Shown: in pieces, positions 28,416-38,739 of the stretch
Layout of the letters: each line of letters begins with the position of its first letter
Position numbering within the stretch: the first letter of the stretch is position 1
The notes under the pieces: model-generated
Database searches by the model: none
Told to the model about the DNA's origin: nothing
Seen by the model: only the letters and a program-made list of their open reading frames with translations
Assembly: GCA_965222605.1 (NCBI GenBank)
Contig: OZ244960.1
Coordinates: 3,168,001 to 3,232,000 of the forward strand
Reading direction: 5' to 3'
From: Candidatus Latescibacterota bacterium
GTDB lineage: Bacteria > Latescibacterota > UBA2968
DNA length: 64,000 nucleotides
Position numbers and translations under genes: made by a program

Positions 28416-29525
28416 TCAAGGCAAAATCAAATGTAGATCGCCGAACTCGTGCCACAAATAATGTTTGTTGAGTGCGGCTTCATAAGTCAGTTTTAAGTGT
28501 TCTAATCCCGCCAATGCCTGGAGCATGGATAGATGTGTGGCACTCGGTTCGTGCATTCCGGTCAGCAAGCCATCTACAATTCGCATGGGATGATTGGGTG
28601 AGATTATCAGGGATGTCCATCCTTCACCTTGAGAGACCTGTCCGGTTTTATCGGCAACGGTCTCGAGTGCGCGCACTACTGTTGTGCCAATGGCGATGAT
28701 CCGTCCGCCATTTTTTCGCGCGTTGTTGATTACCTGCGCTGTTTCGGCTGATACGCGGTAGTATTCCTCGTAAGGCGGTTCATCGGCTTCCAGGCTTGCC
28801 ACGCCGGTGTGCAAGATCAGGGGTGCAATTTGAATGCCTTTTGCGACCAATTTTGTGATGATTTTGGGTGTGAATGCTCGGCCAGCCGATGGCATTTCAG
28901 CGCTGCCTATTTCTGTTGCATATACGGTTTGGTAATAGTCGATAGGCCAGTCGTTTTGCACATATCCATACCGGATGGGCATGCCGTATATATCCAGGTA
29001 CATATCCAGATCATAAGGCAGGTTCAGGGTTGCAACCCAAAGACGAATATCGGCGTTGGGAGTGTGCCGCTGTTCGGGGCGATAGGGCGCGTGCAGTTGT
29101 GCGGATCCACCACCGGGTAATGTAAAGACTTCGCCCGCGTGTGCATGAGAAAAAGGCAGTGTTGCTATATCATTGGGTTGACGTACTTCAACTGCCCACA
29201 TGTCGGCGGGCAGTTGCGTTGATAAATGCAGTCTGAGTTCTGTACCATCGGGCCGAATGATGGGCAAAGATGCTTTGCGCGTGCCACTGGTGTTGATGAC
29301 GACTACGTCGCCTGCATGTAGTACATTGGGCAGGTCGCGAAATGCGATGTGTTCAATCGCATCATCTCTTTGCCAAGAGACCATCAACCGAACCTGGTCC
29401 CGGCTGAGTCCACGCTCTTCGGGCGGTTCACCCGCTTCCAGATTGGATGGCAGGTCAAATGTTAGAGAGTCCAGCTTTGAGTCCATCATTGTAATGGGTA
29501 GTACTGTGTTGGGTATTATGGACAT
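28416..29525 (-). CDS. QueA-family SAM:tRNA ribosyltransferase-isomerase-like protein
   Basis: PPEERGLSRDQVRLMV, YQTVYA, GSAEMPSAGRAFT, AIGTTVVRALE and YLWHEFGDLHLILP. Confidence 0.85.
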   Translation of the reverse strand: MSIIPNTVLPITMMDSKLDSLTFDLPSNLEAGEPPEERGLSRDQVRLMVSWQRDDAIEHIAFRDLPNVLHAGDVVVINTSGTRKASLPIIRPDGTELRLHLSTQLPADMWAVEVRQPNDIATLPFSHAHAGEVFTLPGGGSAQLHAPYRPEQRHTPNADIRLWVATLNLPYDLDMYLDIYGMPIRYGYVQNDWPIDYYQTVYATEIGSAEMPSAGRAFTPKIITKLVAKGIQIAPLILHTGVASLEADEPPYEEYYRVSAETAQVINNARKNGGRIIAIGTTVVRALETVADKTGQVSQGEGWTSLIISPNHPMRIVDGLLTGMHEPSATHLSMLQALAGLEHLKLTYEAALNKHYLWHEFGDLHLILP

Positions 29526-29539
29526 GAGAAGTCTCCTTT

Positions 29540-30241
29540 TTAGTTTACGAGCGCGGCGCGTAACTCGCGTGCTGCGTAGCGGCCACTGGGAGAATTACTT
29601 TTCAGGAGTTCGATAAATCCCGGTACACTCGTTTCTGGCAAGGGGCGGTCGCTGATGTCTTCGAAAGGAAATGCTTCGCGGTGCATTTGCGTTCGCATAT
29701 CGCCGGGATCTACCCAGTAGATGCGCCAGTCGGGACGTTCTGCTGCGAGTACGTTTGAGAGTTGTTCAAGTGCGGCTTTAGAAGAGCCGTATCCGCCCCA
29801 GCCCGGGTATGCTTCGCGGGCGGCATCGCTGGTGATATTGATTACGCGGGCATCTAATTTTAATGTGTGTTGAAGTGCCTGGAGCACGCCCAGAGGTGCG
29901 ATTACATTGGCGCGATAGACGTCTGTCAGGATGTCGAGCGGGTAATTGAGCAATTCGGGTTGGGGACTCGGTCCCAATATGCTCGCGTTGTTGATTAAGG
30001 CGTCCAATCCACCGAGTTCATTTGCAGCGTGAGTTAGTGCTTTCCGATGTTCGGGGTCTGTTACGTCTCCGGCAATGGCGATGACGTCGGTCCATTTGCT
30101 CAGTTCTTCGCGTGCGTCTTCGAGTGCGTCTGCGCCTCTTGCGTTGATGATAAGTCGCCAGTTTTGCTGTACGAGTTCACGTGCGAGTGCCAGGCCCAGA
30201 CCACGAGATGCGCCGGTAATGAGAGCTGTTTGTGTTGACAT
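29540..30241 (-). CDS. SDR family oxidoreductase
   Basis: TGASRGLG, NNAS and YGSSK. GGAGG RBS before ATG 30241. Confidence 0.92.
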   Translation of the reverse strand: MSTQTALITGASRGLGLALARELVQQNWRLIINARGADALEDAREELSKWTDVIAIAGDVTDPEHRKALTHAANELGGLDALINNASILGPSPQPELLNYPLDILTDVYRANVIAPLGVLQALQHTLKLDARVINITSDAAREAYPGWGGYGSSKAALEQLSNVLAAERPDWRIYWVDPGDMRTQMHREAFPFEDISDRPLPETSVPGFIELLKSNSPSGRYAARELRAALVN

Positions 30242-30300
30242 TTTGAAACCTCCTGTTAGGTTGAGATGCCATCTGTTTGTTGTGGTCAAAATGTAGCATA

Positions 30301-30330
30301 AAAAAAAGCCCTCTGCATCGCACAGAGGGC
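30301..30330 (-). terminator. Rho-independent terminator after the ABC transporter genes
   Basis: GCCCTCTG...CAGAGGGC followed by a T7 tract on the minus strand. Confidence 0.7.
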
Positions 30331-30403
30331 GTGTTTGAATCCCGTTCTTTAGGACAGGAAAGGACCTGTCTATTTTGTCAAAATATAGTGCATCACTCGT
30401 TCT

Positions 30404-32161
30404 TCATCGTTTCCCTTCCCACAACTGCTGCATCTCTTCACAGTGATCCAGGAGTTCGTCCAATCGGCCCTGTGCATGCACGCGCCCGTCTTTGAGCACT
30501 ACAATGTGATCGGCACGACGAAGCGCGACCCGACGATGCGACGCAGCCAAACAGGTTGTGCCTTCGCGTTCAAACAAACGCGCCCAGAGCGCCCGTTCAG
30601 TTTCCACATCCAATGCACTGGACAAGTCATCAAATACATAGAGTTCGGGTTGGCGCACGTACATGCGGGCTGCTGCTGCGCGTTGAATTTGTCCACCGGA
30701 AAGTTTCACGCCACGCGATCCCACGCGTGTGTCCAATCCTTTCTCCATATCCTTCAGATCAGCTTCAAAAATCGCATCCCGAATCGCCGCATCCAAATCG
30801 ACGCGGTCTTCAGACAATCCCAGCAGAATATTATCGCGCAGGGTTTCGCTGAACAATCGGGGAACTTGCGCTGTGTACGCACAGCGCGGTGGCACCAGCA
30901 CAGATCCCGGATTTTCTACTACATCGCCATTCCATCGAACCGTGCCCCCATCGCGTGGCAACAGACCGAGCAGGGTGCGCAGCAGCGTTGTTTTACCCGA
31001 TCCCATGCGTCCCGTAATGACAGTGAATGCGCCGCGTTTAATGCGAAAACTCACATCTTCAATCCCGCGGTTGGTATCGAGATAGCGAAATGTGAGACCT
31101 TCAACGTCAAGCGCGTTTAATCGGTCTTCATCTTTTCGCTCCGGGTCGGGAATATCGGGCAAATCGCCTTTGAGATAAACCGGACTGTGCGCTACGAGGT
31201 TTTCGGGCGGTGCATCATTTAGCAATGTCAACAATCGCGCTCTTGAAACGCCCGCTTGTCTGTAGTGTGCAATTATTCGCCCCACATCGCGCGTAATGAT
31301 CGTTACGTAGGAGAGATAAAATACAAACAGGGCAAAATCGCCCACACCAAATGCGCCCGATTGCATTGCTTGCCCGGCCATGATTAGAATAATGCCCGTG
31401 CCCAGGTTTACCGTATTCCAGATCAGCGAATCGAGCACCCGGTTAAAAATCAGATCTTTGAGCGTACTGAGCCGACGTTTGTCATTGAGCGCATCAAAAT
31501 GCCCCAGCATGCGTTCCTCGGCATTGGCCACTTTAATCGCCTGCGCCGAAGCAAATAATTCGCCAATAAATCCGGTCACGTTACCCGTGGTTTCACGATT
31601 CGCTTCGCGGTATTTTTGAATGCGGTCCAGTGCCAGATTTACAATCAACACGATCAGTACCAGCGGCGTAAAGACCACCAGCGTGATCATGGGATCAATG
31701 TGAACCATTACGTAAATGGCTACAATTGTAAAGAGAAAATTTCCCACCAGGAATGGAAAACGCGCCAGAAACTGCGTTATCTCATTCACATCACCTCGAA
31801 AGCGGCTGATCGCCTCACCCGAGGAACCGGGGAGCAACATTGCCCCAGGACGTGAGAGGAGATGCGCCAAGACATTCTTGCGCAACAGTGCGCCCATGGC
31901 AAAAAACGTTTTGAAATGCAACGGAATATCAATAAAAACGAATACCGATCGCACTGCGGCGTTGGCGACTATCAGCGCACACAGTGTATAGGGTTCAAGG
32001 CCAATGGGGCTTTTTCCGGTCAGGGTATCGAAAAACGCTTTGGTCAAAAGCGCGACGACCTGTGGTGTGATCCCAAATATAATGATGCGCAATGCACACA
32101 GCAGCAGATAGCTGCCCGGACGAAAGCGAAACAAACGCCACACATCGCGTGCGGTACTCAT
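30404..32161 (-). CDS. ABC exporter half-transporter (TMD+NBD)
   Basis: Six-TM N-terminus, [13 protein letters not shown] and degenerate Walker B YVFDD. Confidence 0.92.
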   Translation of the reverse strand: MSTARDVWRLFRFRPGSYLLLCALRIIIFGITPQVVALLTKAFFDTLTGKSPIGLEPYTLCALIVANAAVRSVFVFIDIPLHFKTFFAMGALLRKNVLAHLLSRPGAMLLPGSSGEAISRFRGDVNEITQFLARFPFLVGNFLFTIVAIYVMVHIDPMITLVVFTPLVLIVLIVNLALDRIQKYREANRETTGNVTGFIGELFASAQAIKVANAEERMLGHFDALNDKRRLSTLKDLIFNRVLDSLIWNTVNLGTGIILIMAGQAMQSGAFGVGDFALFVFYLSYVTIITRDVGRIIAHYRQAGVSRARLLTLLNDAPPENLVAHSPVYLKGDLPDIPDPERKDEDRLNALDVEGLTFRYLDTNRGIEDVSFRIKRGAFTVITGRMGSGKTTLLRTLLGLLPRDGGTVRWNGDVVENPGSVLVPPRCAYTAQVPRLFSETLRDNILLGLSEDRVDLDAAIRDAIFEADLKDMEKGLDTRVGSRGVKLSGGQIQRAAAARMYVRQPELYVFDDLSSALDVETERALWARLFEREGTTCLAASHRRVALRRADHIVVLKDGRVHAQGRLDELLDHCEEMQQLWEGKR

Positions 32162-33300
32162 ACCAGCACATCCTCCATACCCGTGCGCAGCAAACCCGAA
32201 AACCGAGACGTCTCATCCCGTTCCAATGTCTTTCGCGCACCGTACTCCACGATCCGTCCTTCATCTAAAATCATAATATCATCCGCACGCCGAACCGTTC
32301 CCAACCGATGTGCTATTACAATTGCGGTTCGGTTGCCAATCAACCGATCAACCGCGTGTTCCAGATGATGCTCTGTTGCGGGATCCAGACGCGAAGACGC
32401 TTCATCCCAGATCACGAGATCGGGCTCCTTCAGTAAAAATACGCGCGCAAACGCCAATAACTGAGCTTCCCCGGCAGACAGACCGCCACCTTCGGCAGAA
32501 AGTTCTGTGTCGAGCGCATTGGGCAATGCGTGCAACCAATCGCTCAGGCCCAAATTTTCCACTGCCCGCCTTATGCGTTCATCGTCTATATTGGGATCAA
32601 ACAACGTCAAATTGTCTCTTACCGATGCCTGAAACAACTGCACATTCTGCGTTACCATTGCAATGCGATTGCGCAAATCTAACCGATCTGCGTGGCGCAC
32701 GTTTGTGTCTCCCAAACACACCGATCCCGTCCGGGGATCATACAATCTGAAAAGCAAACGCGTCAGTGTTGTCTTTCCACTTCCCGTCCGCCCCAACAGC
32801 CCGAGCACACGTCCGGGTTGCAATGTAAAATTTAGATTGTGAAGGACGGGGTCATTTTTAACATATCCAAATGTCACATTGTGAAACGCCACGGGAAATA
32901 TGCCATCGGGCAATGCATCTCCTCGTCCCGGCGTCAACACGGGTTGAATATTCATCAACTCGGTTACCCGCTCAACACTGGCGCCAGCGCGTTGAAAGTC
33001 TTCGAGTTGAAAAGTAATGCGTTCGATTGGGCGAATCAGCATGTTCGCATAGTGAAACAGCATGTAAACTGCGCCGAGCGAAAAGACAGATTCCCAATAC
33101 AAATAAGCGCCTATTCCCAGGGCTGAGGCATTGCCAATGGCCCAGATTATCACCGACGATGTCACCAGAATATTGATCATATATCCCGACTTAATTTCCT
33201 TTTGCAACCAGTTCCGCGTCAGTTCATAAAATCGCCGCAAAGTGTATGGCACTGCGCGACAAGAGCGAATATCCTCAGCCCCAGAGAGGCGCTCTTCTAA

Positions 33301-35007
33301 CCCGACTAATTCATGAACTGTAATGGTTGGGGTTGTTTGTCAGGCGGCATCGGTTCCAAGCATCAAAATGAGGGTGCTTTCTATCTTGTCTGCCGTCATA
33401 GGCGTCTTCATAGAGTTCAAGCAGCCCAAATCGTCCCCTGACAGGCTCTGCCAGTGTCAAAAGTACAGACCGGTCCCTTGCCAGTCCTGTCTGTGGATAA
33501 GTCCGTGTATTTGTAAAGTCAGCAAGTGATGGGACAGACCCCTATTCCTTCCCCGTTGATGGGTTATGGCACCGCCTTTGCCAGATTGCACAGGATTTTA
33601 TCAAAAAGGTGTGGCAATGGAAATGACATAGGCAGATGGAAGGTGATCTTTGTTTTCAACTCACAGACGCGTCCGGCGACTTTAAGGAAACGATTTTGGA
33701 GGGTATTGACCTGTGCGTTTATCCACGTTGTGCCTTGTAATCCGATGTGCGCTAAGGTGTGCAACAAGACATAGGCAGCCGAATGGAGGAAGAGGCGGAA
33801 CTGATTGGCTCCAAAAGCGTGACAGGACGTGCGGTCTGAGTGGAGAAAGGTTTTGTGATTTTTAATGAAGTTTTCCATCTGTCCGCGCGCACAATAGATA
33901 TTTTGGTAGATAAAGGAGGCCCTTGAACTTTCAAGGTTGGTCACGACAAAGCGTGTGTTTTGGCCTCGGGTGGTGATTTCAGCTTTGCATAAGATGCGTC
34001 TGGCACAGGCCCAAGTCTGGGCTTGGTAATAAAATGAGGTAAAAAGTCGCACGGGCTTGCCGGTTTGTGCATAAAGGCTTTTGGTCTGATCCATCAGGGG
34101 CTTTGAAAGGGCTAAGAGTCGGGTATTGGCACTTTGTCCGAGGATAAAAAAGAGGTCCTTTGTCGCACAAAAGTCCTGGACTTCTGGACTTGAGAAGTGG
34201 GCATCGCCTCGCAAAAAGAGTGCCACCTTTGGCCAAGCCTGACGAATATAAGCGACTAACCGCTTGAGAATGGTGACAATCTGTTTGCCATCAGGACGCA
34301 CACCCGGACGTAAAATCGTCGTGATTAGCTTGCCCGATTGCCCTTCATAAATATGCAAAGGCTGGTAGGAGTAGGCACCCAAATACCCATTGAATAAGGA
34401 CAACTGCTGCGTCCCATAAACCCTATCCTGCGTATCATCAATATCTAAGATGATCGACGAAGGCGGCTTTTTATACGAAGCAATAAAACAATCGACAAAG
34501 GCACGAGCAACGCGATACAAATCGCTTCTGCTCATCTGATTCTCAAACCGACTCATCGTGGGTTGACTGGCCAAGTTCTCACCACTTATGGGCAAGCGAT
34601 CACAGGCAACCTTGAAGCCGGGATCGCTGCGTAAGGCATTGCAATCATTGGCATCTTCATACCCACAGGCAATTTGAAACACGCGCTGTTTGATCAACTC
34701 TGCCGTGCTATGCGCCACATAACTTTGATGCCGATGGTCTTTAATCGCGCGACTCAAACGTGATAAAATACCCGTTTTGGCCTCCACTTCTCGAAGCAAT
34801 AAGGCTCCGCTATCGCTGGTGAGAATACCCCCATCAAAGGCGAGGTTGAGACGTTTGCCGAAAATGCTTGCCAAAGGAACCTTGCAATGATTATCTTGTG
34901 TGCTCACGGTAGTTTCTCCCAAGTTCATTGTTCAATGGTTATGCGTATAACCTAATATAATACAATAACTTGAATAGGGAAACTACCTTTTTTATGAATT
35001 TTTCGGG
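33301..35007 (-). mobile_element. IS1380 family insertion sequence (1707 bp)
   Basis: Imperfect TIRs CCCGACTAATTCATGAA / CCCGAAAAATTCATAAA and a 4-bp TSD CTAA (33297-33300 and 35008-35011). Confidence 0.92.
33564..34928 (-). CDS. IS1380 family DDE transposase
   Basis: FDGGILTSDSG, GYEDANDC, LASQPTMSRFEN, ILDIDDT, RGDAHF and YCARGQMENFIK. Confidence 0.95.
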   Translation of the reverse strand: MNLGETTVSTQDNHCKVPLASIFGKRLNLAFDGGILTSDSGALLLREVEAKTGILSRLSRAIKDHRHQSYVAHSTAELIKQRVFQIACGYEDANDCNALRSDPGFKVACDRLPISGENLASQPTMSRFENQMSRSDLYRVARAFVDCFIASYKKPPSSIILDIDDTQDRVYGTQQLSLFNGYLGAYSYQPLHIYEGQSGKLITTILRPGVRPDGKQIVTILKRLVAYIRQAWPKVALFLRGDAHFSSPEVQDFCATKDLFFILGQSANTRLLALSKPLMDQTKSLYAQTGKPVRLFTSFYYQAQTWACARRILCKAEITTRGQNTRFVVTNLESSRASFIYQNIYCARGQMENFIKNHKTFLHSDRTSCHAFGANQFRLFLHSAAYVLLHTLAHIGLQGTTWINAQVNTLQNRFLKVAGRVCELKTKITFHLPMSFPLPHLFDKILCNLAKAVP

Positions 35008-35794
35008 CTAAGAACCCGAACATCTCGGAACTGGCTTCGCTATTGGCTTTCATATGGGGAACTGCAATTTGGCGCAGACTCAATGCCACACCCATTGAGA
35101 CTGCCGCAAAAATTGACAACCCACTGCCCGCGCGCCAATCTTCCATAAAGAGCAAAACCAAAACGCCCGCCATCAGCAACATATTGCCCAGCATTTGAAT
35201 CACAAACTGGGAAAAGAAATTGCCCAGTGCATTGATATCGCCATCCACCCGCTCGATCATTTCTCCCGGTGTTCGGTTGTTGTGAAAACTCATATCCAGA
35301 TGCAGACAGTGATGTGCCAGCCTGCCCCACAAACGGTTGGTCGCAGTCCAGCTCTCTCACCCACATAGGTACTCAACACGGACAACGCTTGTTGTGCCAG
35401 CACCACGCTGATATAGAATACGGCAAGATACATCAATGTTTCTAATGCATCCGTCTGAACAGTGTCGATAAATCGCCGAATGATCTGCGGACTGATCAAT
35501 TGCAGGCCAATATCGCCAAACAACAAAATGGTTAGCACTATCACACGACGCTTTTGAGGTCGCAAATGCTCAACGAGAAGACCGGTATAGGGTTTGAGCG
35601 AGAGATTCATTGGGTTGACATCGCATAGATGAGATTAAAATATTGTCGTCCAGATTTTGGACACTTTGAGAGGAAGGTGTGTTTCAAAGAGGGGCAGAGG
35701 AAAGGGCGGTGGGAATGATAAACAGTTCGTTACCGAGGCCATTGGCTATTTGATTGAGATACGGCGCGATCAATATATCTAAATCAGGTAAGGT

Positions 35795-36856
35795 CTATCC
35801 GAGCAGCGCACCGCAATCCCAGTCCTGATATGCTTTCATCGCATTCCGAACCGAGAACGCGCGTTTCCATAAGATTGGGCAGAAGACACACGATAGCACG
35901 GATAGGCGATAATCGTATTCGAATTGGTCTCGGCTATAATTTTCGATGCCGCCAGCTACGAGTCTTTTATAATAGAAATCCATGAACGGGCCTTCGAGCG
36001 CTTTTCGTTCAGATGTCCCGTGGATCAGCATGTAGGCGAGGTCGTAAGCACCAAGCCCTCGCTTATAGGTTTCCCAATCGAAGAGGATGATCCGATCTTT
36101 TGAGGGATCTTTAGGGTAAAAGAGGTTCCACAGATGCGCGTCGCCGTGTAGCATTGTGATGTTTTTTTCGTTTGCGACACGCGCGAGGAATACATCGGGA
36201 TATCCCTGGATGACGCGCTCCATTGTCTCGATGTGAGCGGGATCGAGGTCGGTTCCCAGTTCTTTTATTAGTGGCTTCAGGGCTTTTTGGAAGCTGGCGC
36301 AGCTATCGCATACGTCTTTTTTAGCTATTGCCTGGGCCATGCGGAGTGGACCACCGGCTTGCATCATGAAGGGCCACTCGTCCAGGCGTGGATCATCCCA
36401 CCATCGGATGTGATATTTGAGGAGTTCTTCGACTACGACTTTGTGGGGTTGGTTGGGAACGGCTTTTGGGTTATCCTCGTGTGTCACCGACAGGTCTGGC
36501 ATGAGATAGTGGCAATTTTTATTCTCGTGATCGAATCCACAGTCGAAAACGGGACAGACAGATGCATCAGGCGTTTTTGGCGCGAGTTCATTGTAAAATG
36601 TCCATTCGATGACTCCGCCTCCAAACCATCCTTTTCGATAGACCTTTAATACGATCGCATTTGGAATATCACCCACATAGTCTTCGCTAAATGTCAGCGA
36701 TAGCCTGTCCCATTCCGCGCATGATGATTCGAATGAGTCCGTTTTTTTTATGGATGTGACCGAACCCGATTTCAGGAATCCGTTGCGACTAAATCGATCC
36801 GTTAAGAGCGCAGGCGTCAGTTGCTCGACATGGGTGATGGGTTTCGATAATTTCAT
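35795..36856 (-). CDS. APH/EcKinase-like phosphotransferase
   Basis: LHGDAHLWN, ILFDWE and GAYDLAYM. Confidence 0.82.
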   Translation of the reverse strand: MKLSKPITHVEQLTPALLTDRFSRNGFLKSGSVTSIKKTDSFESSCAEWDRLSLTFSEDYVGDIPNAIVLKVYRKGWFGGGVIEWTFYNELAPKTPDASVCPVFDCGFDHENKNCHYLMPDLSVTHEDNPKAVPNQPHKVVVEELLKYHIRWWDDPRLDEWPFMMQAGGPLRMAQAIAKKDVCDSCASFQKALKPLIKELGTDLDPAHIETMERVIQGYPDVFLARVANEKNITMLHGDAHLWNLFYPKDPSKDRIILFDWETYKRGLGAYDLAYMLIHGTSERKALEGPFMDFYYKRLVAGGIENYSRDQFEYDYRLSVLSCVFCPILWKRAFSVRNAMKAYQDWDCGALLG

Positions 36857-36981
36857 TTTTTCTCGCAAATAAGGGCGCATTGAGGGAACAGAGTTTGTTT
36901 TGTATTCATTAAGAGATCATGCTATTATGCAAATAAAGTCAGGGTTTCGCGTGGCGTCAAGGATCAAAAAAGGAGAAAATC

Positions 36982-38616
36982 ATGTCCAGTATAGATGTGG
37001 ATCAAATCGGATGGAAGGCTGAGAGTAAGACGGGTGTTGTGGCGGCGGGTGGTGCAGGTGCTGTTGTAGCGGGTATTGAGATTTTGGACAGGGGTGGCAA
37101 TGCTGCCGATGCAGCCGCGGCGACTATTTTTGCGCTCAATGTTACAGATCACGGCGCGTGTTCGATTGGCGGAGAGGTTCCGCTTCTTATTTATAATGCT
37201 GAGACCTCAGAGGTCAAAGCATTGAGCGGACAGGGGCGGGCACCGCGTTCTCAGGAGGCGATTGATTGGTATATGAAAAACGGTATTCCGGGCGATGGCG
37301 ATATGAAGATGGCGCCGGTGCCTTCGGTTGTCGATTTGTGTATTACGACGCTCAAGCGATATGGTACGATGTCTTTTGAAGAGATTATCGCCCCTGTGCT
37401 TGCCTTGCTCGATGCGGGTGAGGACGATTGGCATCCCAATCTTGCGACGACTTTGCGAAAACTCGTCGAGGAGGAACACCTTACGTCGGGGAGTCGGGAG
37501 GAAAAATTGCAAGCTGCCTCAGATCGTTTTTACGGGCGGAATAAGTATCGCAATGATATTGCCGAGGAGCTTGAGGCTTTTTATGTCGCAAAAGGGGGGT
37601 TTTTGCGTCGGGAAGATCTGGCGACGCATATTACGACGATTGAAGATCCGGTTACGGTTACTTATCGCGGGTACACGGTTTGCAAATGTGGTCCGTGGAC
37701 GCAGGGTCCGTATCTGTGTCAGGCTTTGCGTCTGCTCGAGAAATTTGATGTCAAAGCGATGCGCCATCTTTCGGCGGATTATATCCATGTGGTTACCGAG
37801 GCGATTAAACTCGCTATGGCGGACCGCGATGCGTATTATGCCGATCCCGATTTTTCGGGTGTGCCTCTGGGTGGGTTGCTTTCCGATGCGTACACCGATA
37901 TGCGCGTGCCGCTCATCGATATGCATACGGCTTCTCTGGAGGCGCGTCCGGGCGATCCGTATCTCATGCAGCCGGTCATCAAAGAGGGTGGTGTGTTCCG
38001 TCCGGGTACCGGGGGTACGACAACCTGTGTGGTGGCTGATCGCTGGGGTAATGTGGTCGCTGCGACGCCGAGTGCCAATGTACACCGTCCCACGATTGAT
38101 GGGGGTAGTACGGGTGTTACTTATGGCAATCGTCTGCGCAGTCTCAATACGACAGCGGGTCATCCCAATTGTATCCAGCCCGGAAAACGCCCGCGCATTA
38201 CGTTGACGCCTACGCTGGTGCTGAAAGATGGGCAACCGATTCTGGGTATTAGTGTTGCGGGTGGCGATCTGCAGGATCAGGCGACTTTGAATTTGTTGTT
38301 GGATTTTGTCGAGTTTGGGATCATGCCGGAAGAGGCTGTTACTGCGCCGCGTTTTGCCACGGCGCATCATCACGATTCTTTCGATCCCAATCCCATTCGC
38401 GAGCAGACGTTCAAACAGGCCGGGTCGTTGACGCTGAACGATGAGATAAGCCGGGATGTGCAGGACGATCTCGCCTCGCGGGGACATCAGGTCGAAGCGA
38501 AATCATCCAATATTGCCACGCCTGTTATGGTTTATGTCGATCGGGAAGAGGGCAGGTATTACGCGGCAGGTGATCCCAAAGCGGGTCGTCACGCCGCGGG
38601 GTTGGAGGATGGGTGA
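36982..38616 (+). CDS. Gamma-glutamyltransferase family protein
   Basis: GGNAADAA, DRDAYYADP, Thr-nucleophile segment GTTTCVVADRWGN, PGKRPRITLTP and GGDLQDQ. Confidence 0.92.
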   Translation: MSSIDVDQIGWKAESKTGVVAAGGAGAVVAGIEILDRGGNAADAAAATIFALNVTDHGACSIGGEVPLLIYNAETSEVKALSGQGRAPRSQEAIDWYMKNGIPGDGDMKMAPVPSVVDLCITTLKRYGTMSFEEIIAPVLALLDAGEDDWHPNLATTLRKLVEEEHLTSGSREEKLQAASDRFYGRNKYRNDIAEELEAFYVAKGGFLRREDLATHITTIEDPVTVTYRGYTVCKCGPWTQGPYLCQALRLLEKFDVKAMRHLSADYIHVVTEAIKLAMADRDAYYADPDFSGVPLGGLLSDAYTDMRVPLIDMHTASLEARPGDPYLMQPVIKEGGVFRPGTGGTTTCVVADRWGNVVAATPSANVHRPTIDGGSTGVTYGNRLRSLNTTAGHPNCIQPGKRPRITLTPTLVLKDGQPILGISVAGGDLQDQATLNLLLDFVEFGIMPEEAVTAPRFATAHHHDSFDPNPIREQTFKQAGSLTLNDEISRDVQDDLASRGHQVEAKSSNIATPVMVYVDREEGRYYAAGDPKAGRHAAGLEDG

Positions 38617-38739
38617 TTAAGTGTAATCACATGAATGAACAGGATGTCCCCGGCCCCAGGATCAGGATTTGCAAGATGAAAGGATGAGCAGGCTTTATTT
38701 TTTTCCTGTTTATCCATTTTTTACAAATAGAGGAAATTT

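Larger units (their letters stand above)
32158..35610 (-). pseudogene. ABC exporter half-transporter interrupted by IS1380 and also frameshifted near 35350
   Basis: 5' part MNLSLKPY... (35610), middle part HCLHLDMSFH...GEMIERVDGD and 3' part GRTGSGKT/LSAGE. Removing the IS restores FGFLEERLSGAEDIR. Confidence 0.9.
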
